Shown: positions 51,858 to 64,000 of the stretch, piece by piece | Position numbering within the stretch: position 1 is the first letter of the stretch | Layout: each line of letters begins with the position of its first letter | NCBI GenBank assembly: GCA_050230475.1 | Contig: JBFLGF010000023.1 | Location: forward strand, 1-64,000 | Origin: Ancylonema sp. | Lineage: Eukaryota | Direction: 5' to 3' | DNA length: 64,000 nucleotides | Notes under the pieces: model-generated | The model's database searches: none | The model's input: the letters and a program-made list of their open reading frames with translations, nothing else | What the model was told of the DNA's origin: nothing | Translations under genes and position numbers: made by a program

Positions 51858-54800
51858 GGACTACGACTATTCACAGACCTCGAGTTCGGGGGCCTAGGGG
51901 CGGCGGCCATCTCCCCCTCCCACATGGTACACCCCCGGGCGGACCAGAGGGTGGAGAGCGTGCTCGAGTGGAGGGCGGCGGGGTTGGGCGGTTGGGACCG
52001 CCAGCTGGCACCGTCTCTGGGAGCCACGTCGCCAGGTGGCAGGATCCCAGCGCCGATGAAGATTCTGCCCCTCGCCCCCCCCGAAAGTCGGCAGGGGGGG
52101 GGGGAGGGGGGGGGGGGCGGGCGGAACCGAGCGGATGGAGGGGAGGATGGGGTTGCACAGATATTAAAGGGGGAGGTGTTCCACCGGCCGTGTGACGTGT
52201 TCGAGTATTTAAAGGAGCCTTTGAAGCGGTGCTGCCACGAGTTGTTCACCGAAAAATGGTCGGAAGCGACCATGTTCGGATCCACCACCCTCACTCTGTG
52301 CCTCTTCCTCCGGAACCTTCTGGACAGACTCGACCCTCACGCGTGGTCCATCTTGTCGTGGGAGGCCATGGTTGCGCTCGGCGCAGATGCGCCATGCCAC
52401 CTGTTCCGGTTGGGGTTACGGGCCATGTGGACCCAAGTGAGACCCGTCCCCAACCCCAGCGCCTGTGGACGCCTGGGGTGCGCCCCAGGGGCAGTGCTGT
52501 ACTCCAAGAATCTGGGGAAGGGGTCTGTGGACTAGGTATCGACCACCCCCCTTTGCCACGGGTCGATTTCTCTTCGCCTCATGCTCATCGAGTACCCCCA
52601 CCGCCTCCCCTCCCCCGCCCAGCGCCACAAGCTGGACTACAGGGCGATGCAGAAAATGAGGGGGGGGGTGCACGTGATCGACAACCTGCAGCTGGACCTG
52701 CCCTCCTCCACCCTCCGTTTCCTCCTCCCCTCTGACCACGGACTGAACAAAGCAAAGGTGGTCGTGGCGCTATTCGCTTCCGACGACCGACCCGTCCTCT
52801 CCACCCTCCTCCTCAGTCTGTATGAGGAGACGGGCATGGGCGTTGGGGCGGGTAACCGGACCCCCGCCGCTCCTCAAGACGACTCAGAAGGGGTGGTAGA
52901 GGGGAGCGTAGGCGCGGATGGGGGGGGGGGGGGTGGGGGGGCGTCGGCGAGGATGGTTTTGCGCCCCAGGTTGGTCTGCGCGTGGCGGGGGTGTGCGAGT
53001 ATTCCGCGTGCTACAAGGTTGGGGGGGAGGGGGGAGGGGGGTGGATTTGGCGTATGGAGCTACGGAAGTGGTGCTCACGGTGGGGAGGTAGGGGGGAGGG
53101 GAAGCAATGGGGGAGGGAAGTCTGGAACCCTGAAAAAAAAAACATGTAAACTCCAAGGAAGTGGAACAGAGTGTAAAAGTGAGCAGAAGACAACCAGTTC
53201 CAAAAACCACAACCCATGAGGAAAGGAGTCTAGGGAAGAGACCAGAGTTTGGATATGCAACAGCCAGAGATGGTTCCCTCACGTCTACTTCAAAGCAAAG
53301 AGAAAAGAGCAAAGAGGTCTTTCCAAAGATTCGGGCGAAGTTCAACATGGCTTGAGCTCAGAATGAATGGCTGCAGCTTAGTGACCCCTGTTCTGTTCCC
53401 CCCCCCTCCGTTTCCATTCCTTTCTCTTCAGTTTTCCGACTCTCCTCTCCTTCCCCTGGCCGGTGCTCTTCTTCAAAGCGGCACTACGGCTGGGAAGAAA
53501 GCGTGGGTTGATGACGTGTCTGTTCCCAAAGTCCGCCAGGTAGCCTCTCAACACCCGACCGACATCGTGAAAGTGCAGCTGGACGGAATGGCGGAGGAGG
53601 AGGAGGAGCTGCGATCTCAGTGTGGGCGTATGTTCACCCTGCATGAACGGGTTCAGAGGACAAGGAAGGAGGTGGGACCAGGGGGGGAGTCACGCTACTT
53701 GGGGCTCAGGACGTGGCTTGCAAAAGTGTTCGAGTTCGTGTATGAGAGGCAGGTGGCGACACCTGTCCCCAGGACACCTGTCATCATGACACCTGTCATG
53801 TTGTTTGTGACGACGAGGACGGAGAAGAATGTGTTTTCGAAGGTGGGGGGAGACGTATGGGAAGTCTACATTTTGGCCAACTGTGGTGGAGGTGATGTAC
53901 AACGAGGATTCGTGGAAACGGGAGTGGGTGGTGGGGAAAAGGAGGGACGAGTTTGATGCGAAATGGGACGTGATGACCCGCGACTTCCCCCCCGTCACAA
54001 ACTTTCCGCTACTGGAGTCTCAAGTGGACCTGTTGAGGCAGCTGCTGAGGAAGTGCCGCGTGTGTACCCAGGAGTCGACGCGGCAGAAAGGGTGGATGGT
54101 GGGTGAACAGTGGACCCCCTCGTTTCTGCCGTTGTTGGACGGGACGGCTGGGGCGGATGGGGTGGACGGGTTACCTACGGATCCGGGGGAGGTGAACCGA
54201 CTGCTGAAAACCGCACAGGGGGCAAAGGGTGGGAAGGATGGCAAGGGTGGGAGGGCGCTACGGCTAGTGGATCAGAATTCAGGGCCGGGAAATCGGTGGC
54301 GGGGGAATGCGGAGGAATTGGGAGAGGAGGGGGAGGGGGTGTTTGAGAGTTGTGATGGGTGTGGGGTGGAGGCGGGGGGGAGGAAGTTGGGCAAGTGTTC
54401 ACGATGTTTGGTGGTGGGGTACTGTAGCAAGGTGTGCCAAAAAGAGAATTGGAGACTACATAAGGTCGTGTGTAGTACATCTGAGCAACATAGAAGAAAG
54501 TAATGTAGAACGGAGGTATTACGACCGAATCGAGTGGTACATGGTGAATGGTAATTATCAATGGTTTTTGGTAAATGGAGATCGGTGAATGGTAGATGGT
54601 AGTTGGTGGATCTCATTGTTTTGAAAAAGAGGTATGAAGAAGTGAAGGTGCAATCCTTCAAATTCGGTTGTGAGCCTAGATCCGGGTTTTAGACACACAA
54701 AAATGGGAAAGAAGGATTTTAAACCTTTTTGATCGCCTTAAAAATGACAACGTAGTTAAAGTTGTTTTAGTTAAATTATAGGTGTTTATCATCTACTAGT

Positions 54801-56230
54801 TGTTGTCCATTTCAGTTTTTTTTTTGGGGTTTAGGTATCATTTTCGGTGCCCTGGAATTGATTACAAGTTGTGTGAACACGTAAAATTTGTTGATATAAA
54901 GATGTGAGCTTGTGGATATGGGTGGACAATCATCATTGATGAATAGGTGACGTGTGGATAGTGTGATTTGTGACACAAGCGGTTCATATTTGTTACGTTG
55001 GCTCTTTGTCATTTCTTTGTGTCAATGCTAAAGTTTGATGATGTAAAAGTCCAAATAAGCCCGAAAGTATGACCACATGGATACACGTGTATGCATTTCG
55101 TCGCGGAAGGTAAAGTACCTTCCGCTCTCAACCACACCCCACCGTTTTCGGTTGGGCCCAACCGGGTGCCTTTTTGCCAACTGCGGCCAAGCCCCAACTC
55201 GGGTGGGAGCGTGCCACCCGGTTGGGATGCAGTTGGGCGGTGGGCAATGTGGTTAAACACAAGACGAATTCTGTGAAACCCAAACTTTCAAAACACTGGA
55301 ACAAGGTCTAAAATAATTGTTTGTCTCGAAAATCACGATTTACCACAACCACGACAATTCAGAATCGGAACATCGGAATTTGGTGTCAAAGAGCAAAGAG
55401 GGTGGGGAGGGACTTCTAGCTTTTATCGCCGGTGTGTGGTTTGGAGGTAGAACATTGTTCTATTTGCGAGTCCAAGAGAGAAAACGAGGAATTAGCGGGG
55501 ATTTATATTATGAATGAAAGTGTGATAGAGCACCATATTCTGTACTTGGTGAAGAAGAAGTTTTGACTATGAAATGAAAGTGGTGGTCCGTAGTTATGAC
55601 AATATAAGAAAGTGTTCGTCGAAGAGAATAGCCAGATTATGAAGCTTTGCACTAGTTGTCACTTTGTTCACTAGTGACTTAGAAAACGATCAGTCATAAC
55701 GATGAGATCGCAATGCTGTGCTGCTCACAATGCACTCAAAGGGAAGTCATTAATCTGAAATGAAAATGTGGATCTGAAAGTGTAGTTCAAATAAAATAAA
55801 TTCAAATGAAATAAAATCAAAAAATAAAAGTAGTCCAATAGTGTAGACCCCTTCACATGTGATGATAAAAGTATCATGAAGAAGAACTATGAAATAAGTA
55901 TGTACATGTTACTCTTGTTTGAAAATTGTAGCATGTAGACGGAGACAAAACATAAACTTGAAGCCCTTTCAATTTTTTTTTGAAGTTTTTTTCCCCCTCT
56001 TTCTCAATTTTCCCTACCGCACCCAGATGCACTCAGCCGCATCCCGACCGATTAGGAGCCGGCCCACCGGGCGGGAGTTGATTCGCGGCCGGCCATACGC
56101 CACCCGGATGGGCCAACCGTTACATTCCAGGAGCGCTCGGGGGCGGCCACCACGTGGCTGCGCGATCGGCCACCGCGCGGCTGGTGCGGAGGTAACGACC
56201 CTAGCGGCTGGTTGCACACGTCGATATATA

Positions 56231-56799
56231 CAGTAAACCCTTGATATAGTGACAATTTTATAGACAGTGGAAAATAAAGTCACTATATCGAATGCCAGGG
56301 GTGTCACTATGCACTATATAGAGACATTTGATAGGGGCGACATTGAGCCAATGTCACTATATCGAAGGAAAGTGGAATTTAGGTTATTTTGAGCAACCAA
56401 ATCAGGTGTGCAGAGTTTTTTATTGAAGAAGGTAAGTCAATTATATGGCGTTTTACCCGTTTTTTTAATATCCACTTGCTTCAAAAACCCTCTTTGAAGT
56501 AATAATGTCAGGACAGGTAGAAAATATTGATTCACACAGGTTATAAATTTATTAATAATTTATTTTATATTATTTTTAGGAGGTTATTTATTTTCACAAC
56601 GTTAATTTAGACAGGTTTCACTGTATAGTGACATCTCAATAGTAAAATCTGGGAAAATTTGGTCAGTATAGCGTGTGTCACTATAGCGATTGTCACTATG
56701 TCGAGTGGGTTTTTATATAGGATTAGAAAAAGGGCAGAAAAAATGTCACTATATCGTGATTGTCACTATATCGAGTGTCATTATATCAAGGGTTTACTG
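56231..56799. mobile_element. Tc1/mariner pogo-type MITE (569 bp)
   Basis: TIR CAGTAAACCCTTGATATAGTGACA / TGTCATTATATCAAGGGTTTACTG flanked by TA on both sides; TGTCACTATATCG subterminal repeats. Confidence 0.92.
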
Positions 56800-57668
56800 T
56801 AGTTCAAATACGTTGACGGTTGACGACTGACGGTTCACGGTTAACGGTTGACAGTTGACGGTACCTATGTTATAATTGACTGGACATGTACCACACACAT
56901 CCCCGGGCAACTTTGAGAATTCCACTGCACTTGCGTTTGCAGCCCTGAACGAACTTTCCTGCACGTGGAAGCCTTCACGCGATGGCAATTTGAGGTTCCA
57001 TAGACTACAACCCCATAGACTGCGCTCAAACGCGGTCACATCCTTTTATGTTTTAAACGGGCTCATGTTACACAAATCTCTTGCATCGTGCCCGGGGTTT
57101 GTTGTGTAGTGCCCCCATCTCCCCCCCTGTCATAGTTTTGTACGTATTATGTGGACGAGCGGTCGATGTGAGCTTGACATGTCGAACAGGTTCGGGGCTT
57201 GATGATTTACCACATACTCAAAACGCGGATACGTAAGGCTTCGTCTTTTGGGGCCTTCCGGTTCAATGGACACAGCTGGTACGGTCTTCTCCTTGGGGTG
57301 CTTGGCGGTCCTGATATAATTCGCTTGCTTTCCACATAGAATTGGAACCAGTGCCGACTGGAATTCTAAAATTTTAAAACCAACCTTACCGTCTTTCGTC
57401 CAACGCCTCGTTACCATGTCATCCGCACTGTTTACTGCCCTTCTAAACACCATCGGCGACTGTTTCTCACCACATCATAGCATCCGGCCAAAAGTACGGA
57501 ATTGCACTGAAAATCAACATACGTTGTTCGGTGAATTCTTATCAACATGCGACAAATAGTGATTGCCACTGCATACCTTTTTTTTTTTCTAAGGGCCCAT
57601 CGGGGAATTATCTGTTGAGGCATGCTGACGAAATGAATTCGATACCGTTGCCGTCGTCCTGTTCGTAG

Positions 57669-59723
<2,055 letters not shown>

Positions 59724-60896
59724 CGCTTGCTGACCGGCTTTGGGAAGGGAAAGTGAGCCAAAGAAATAGACTTTGGGGACATAAGTAACAGGGAGGGTTG
59801 TTGAGGTCGTTAGATTGTACAAAAATGTTGTTTAGGAAATTTAATGACGGAAGTCGGAGAGAGAGTAGCATGTGCTTTTTGGTACCGAATGGATAAGTTG
59901 CGACTTAATGTCATTCGAAAATGAACTCGAATTTGTGTACAACAACTTGATCGGTTTACATTGTGTTTGTAGGGTTGAGGGTCTTGGGGTCTTCATTATG
60001 TTTATGTACATGTTTGTAAAGACGTTGTTCCTCCAGTTTTCCTCTTGGCGATGTAAGCAACATATCCACGTAGTGGGTTTAATAAGTGCGTTCTCATTGA
60101 TCCAAGTAAGGATCGTTTTCTACTCATTGCAAGTTGTTTATGTCAGATGTCCCCTTCTTGCTTTTCGCAAATGGCTGACAAGTGAATGAATGATGTGTTG
60201 GCAATCATGGGCTTGCTCAACTTTGACAAATACATTAGAATGGTATCCTCATTTCGAGAAAATGGTGATGAGTCAGCACTCCTGACTCTCGTCTTCATGT
60301 ACCGTACTAGCCACACATAATGACCCTTCAATAATTATGAAAAGGGTGGGTCGGGTCAAATTACATATCTCAATTTTCAATAATATTGGGTCATTCTATA
60401 ATGTGGGTCACTATATAATAAACATTTCCCAGGATTTTGGGAAAAAATCTGTTGGGTGCGCGGGTTGGGGCAAGTGGTGATTTTTTAGCTAAATTAATTC
60501 GTTTTTTAAAACCCGGGTCATAATGTATGGCCACTACGGTATACAGTTTCTTGAGAGACGCGTATCCATTGACAAACAAGATGGGATCAATCCCATCCAA
60601 AGAAAGGCACCCATACAATCATTTTTGTATGTCTGAGAGCATGCAATATCCACACCCGAATCCGCATCAAAACTTACTGAAATATTGACGAAAAATGTCA
60701 ATTCGAATACACGGGAAACTTTTGTGCAACCCACGTTCCTAATACAAAGATGGTTAAATGCAAACAACAACGGATTGTCTCTACAATTTTTCTAGAGAGG
60801 TCTTGCCTCATCAACACATTGCTCCTGCCTTCAGGAAGAACGTCGTGTGCTTTGAAAATGTGGATTTTGAGTATCCCCCATATGGTGTGCCTCCCA

Positions 60897-63357
60897 TCAT
60901 CTTCTCGTTCTTGAAAACTTTGGTCGAGCAGCCTTCTTCTCCGCTTTCTCTCGCTTCTTCTTCGTCTTCTCATCCTCCACCTCCTCCTGTCGCACATACC
61001 GCACATCCTCCACATCAGTTGATACTCACGTGCAGACTACTCATTCCGTTTTCTTATTTGAAAAGGTGTGGAAAACATCAATCCCAAAATCTCACGCTAT
61101 TTCGGCGGTATTTGTACCGGTTTGGAACCGGCTCCAAAAGAGCCCAATGAGCTCATATGCCACAGTGGGCCCATTGAGCTCTTTGAACTCATGGGGCTCA
61201 TCACGCTCATCAAGTATGACGCAATCCCCACACCACCCACTCCTTCCTTAACCTCTCAATTTCCTATATGATATTCGCTTTGTCCTCCCTCGTTTTATGA
61301 GCAAGCCAACAACTTATATATGAATCTGAGCTTTACAGAAAGAACCCGTGCCCCAACTTTTTACAACCGCATCTTCTTAACAAGGTTTCAAACCGACATC
61401 GATTTACAATGTATCGACGCAATGGGACACAAAACCTCAATACCTCAAAGTTGGACCCATTGAAAATGTCAATAAGGAATTCAAGAGGATGTCACAAGTC
61501 GGCTAAGTTCAACATTAGTGATACACATATATTGACAATTACATTTAACATTGCTCTAAATATGTTCTATATTTACTTGTTTCCTTTGAACTGTACCTGA
61601 GGTGTAGATTGGGTGAGATAAGGGTAGAGGACCAACTCCCACAATTTATAAATCCCAAAACCCGGCACCTGCCGACACAAGAGCACAGCACCGCCTCGAT
61701 ATTGAATGAGAGGGGGTAAGAGTGGGAGGAGTCATCAGTTGGCCAACTTCCACCCACCACCCTCCAGACGCCCAACATGGACACACACCATGGTGCCTAC
61801 ATCGTAACATGTGCCTAGAAGTCGATTAGTGGGGATAGGTACCATGTATTCCCAAGGGAAGTGGGGGAGGAATTGCTTCAATGATGTCAGGGATGAATGT
61901 GGGGAAAAATTGAGGGAATAATTTTTTGGAGGGGGGGGAACGATTGTGCTTGCACTCCCCACGCCCCACCCCTTTCTCCCCTCCCCAATTTGTTCATTTA
62001 GTGATCACGGCTTTTTAGTGCTAGATTTAGCTAAAAGTAGGAGGGGGAAGGGGGGGGGGGGCGATTACAACAAACACAAACTGGTGGGCAAGGAGAGGGA
62101 GGATTTTTTTAAAATATATATATTTCGATACCAGTAACTACGTGAAATGCAACTATCCATTGTTATACGACAGATAGATGGCATTTTTTCATTTTTTTGT
62201 AGGGGGTTTGTTGTACCACTAGGTAGAGGGCCCAAGCCCAATTGGAGATGGGGCTCAACACTTGGACGATAGCGGAGAGGTAGATGACGTCATGAAGGTA
62301 GCTGAGGTGGCAAATCATAAAACCACACAATCACATCCTCCATCACTCACTCTTGAGGTTAATGGAAGGACATCTACTTCTGCCAAATGTTACAATTCGG
62401 GAAAATGGGTGGCCAGGTTTTGCAGGACGAGGATCTGTCAGGGTTCAGGGTTCAGGAGCTCGGGCCAGCTCTGCGAATTTATGTGTTTGAAAAAAAAGTA
62501 TATTTCAGGTGACACTTTTTTAATTGGTTTCCTGCCTGTGTCACAGCGCAGAAACAAAATATGAAAAAATGACCACCACTTGTAAAAGTCAAGTCAGAAT
62601 GTTTACAAAACTCTCGTCCAGCTCTCAGACTTCAGAGGCAATACCATCTTTTTGCATGTAAATCATGGAAGATACATTATCTTCACACTGACCCCATTGA
62701 GGTTATGCGGTTATCCACATAACCACACTACTGAATAGTAACCACACTTATGTGTTGTAGGAAAGGATTCTGACCCGTTCAATCCCCCCATGCTGAGGTC
62801 ATACCCCCCGTCAATGAGGTCCCCGTTCTCATCATGTGCTGGGGTCGCCATTGATTTGATCTGATCGAAGCAGAGCTTGTAGGCGGCCGTAGTAAAGAAA
62901 AGCGCCATCCACATTTGCCATTTGAATGACGAGTATTGAAGGCAGAGGCGCACGAGAAGGAAGTAGGCCTGGACAAAGGCGCAAATAGATATTGATCCTC
63001 AGATTCGCGAGCTGGTGAAGAAAATGAAAAATAGAAAGATACGATGCTGCGGGTTCATGCTGGTGATGAAATCTGGTACAATTGTATTTCATATATTTCT
63101 TGGATTTTTATTTGTTTTTAATTTTGTTTTGTTTTCACATGTTTGTTTGTTTGTTTTTGTTTTGTTTTTTTTTTTTTTTTTTTGGGTCATTTGCAGATGT
63201 GACTCACAACCTGAGGGTGTTACAGAAGTAGAGCTATGAAAGGAAGAGGTGGAATGGATCGAATGAATCTTACGTTACTTCCAAGTATCACACGCATGAG
63301 CATCTTCATGTGGCGTTCGTTCTCCTCCTTCCGCTTCTTCGCGCCCTGATTCGCCAT
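60897..63357 (-). CDS. TMEM208: TMEM208/SND2 (SRP-independent ER targeting); exons 63357-63274, 62968-62775, 62301-62217, 61668-61597, ~60986-60897
   Basis: MANQGAKKRKEEN, MATPAHDENGDLIDGGYDLSMGG, YLHDVIYL, LYLV|VPGFGIYKLW, EDEKTKKKREKAEKK...TRR*; in-frame GT-AG joins. Confidence 0.92.
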
Positions 63358-64000
63358 TTGCTGAGGTTTCGACAGAAAAAAAACACTCCCCTACTGACAA
63401 TAAATTTTAACTATGTTAAGGACCAGAATGGTTTATCATACACCTGATGCCTTATTTTCTGCAAATAATGAGCGCTGACAATCCTCAACTTGTCACATAG
63501 ACAAGGCAGCTGTACAAAGATCGAGTATTTTGTCAGCAGCGCGTACACAAATCCCACAAGCTACTTGTAATCAAGTCACGAAGGACAGCAGCTGGAGACG
63601 GACGACGCAGGTTGACGCTCCCGCACGCCCTCGGACAGAGCGCAAAAAACACCAGTCGGATGCAGGTCCACTGGAAGGCGAACGAAGGCGTTCTATCAAT
63701 CGTTATAAAGGAGTCCAAGAAAACATTACTTCTACAGTATCGGGGTGCAGTCAACCACACGCGTCGCGCTAAGTTAACGACACACGAGCAAACCTCCGTT
63801 ATAACGTTACTAGCAGGGCGAAGCCAGGCAAGATATGGAGTGGGAAGTCGAAAAAGGGGTGCGCAGGCACCTCAAGCTCAGCATACCAGCTGCTACTTGG
63901 AGTTGTGTTGTCTGTGTGCTCTTCAAATATAGATTGCAAGGGGAACCCAGCGTAACTTCACGACATAGATTGGTCTGCAAAGCAAACGGCACGGACTGAG

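Larger units (their letters stand above)
49727..54503 (+). pseudogene. DUF4470 + zf-MYND protein gene, spliced, with frameshifts and a stop in this assembly
   Basis: After the acceptor at 49726: CPISN...VLLLECDDICEVLKTV, MARVVLL; NPTL; FDVMNTRTLMDRFGALNVL; C-terminal CDGC...CSRC...YCSKVCQKENWRLHKVVC. In-frame TAG 52533-52535; first exon not found. Confidence 0.7.

Noticed and set aside
50697..53348. Gly/Pro-rich ORFs on both strands (also at 11221-12276 and 35490-36832)
   Set aside because: Shadow frames of GC-rich exons and poly-G/C tracts, with no independent motifs.
63530..64000. Possible first exon of a gene divergent from TMEM208
   Set aside because: No recognisable motif or clear start codon; truncated by the window edge.

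Overview
Eukaryotic nuclear DNA with GT-AG introns, poly-G/poly-C intron tracts and many transposons. The gene content is plant-like, most consistent with a streptophyte green alga (inference). Apparently intact spliced genes: a SKOR/GORK-type Shaker K+ channel, a MycE/TylE-like O-methyltransferase with a signal anchor, a secreted PAN/apple + root-cap-domain protein, a LOG-family protein, MTHFR, a Di19 zinc-finger gene with a U12 AT-AC intron, and TMEM208/SND2. Disrupted genes: a DUF4470/zf-MYND gene, a JmjN-JmjC-C5HC2 demethylase apparently fused to an AMSH-type JAMM deubiquitinase, and an EXO1-N/pogo-transposase chimera. Mobile DNA: a sushi/Tf1-like gag remnant, a decayed Ty1/copia pol, a full-length decayed chromovirus (18071-25566), several hAT-type MITEs and a pogo-type MITE. 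The standout is a 462-bp miniature LTR element (TRIM, 22202-22663) nested in the chromovirus with a perfect 5-bp TSD. It has no tRNA primer-binding site; instead its PBS is complementary to its own predicted transcript 5' end, the signature of Tf1-type self-priming. An 876-bp duplication around an N at 27304 looks like an assembly artefact. All family calls come from motif recognition, not database searches.
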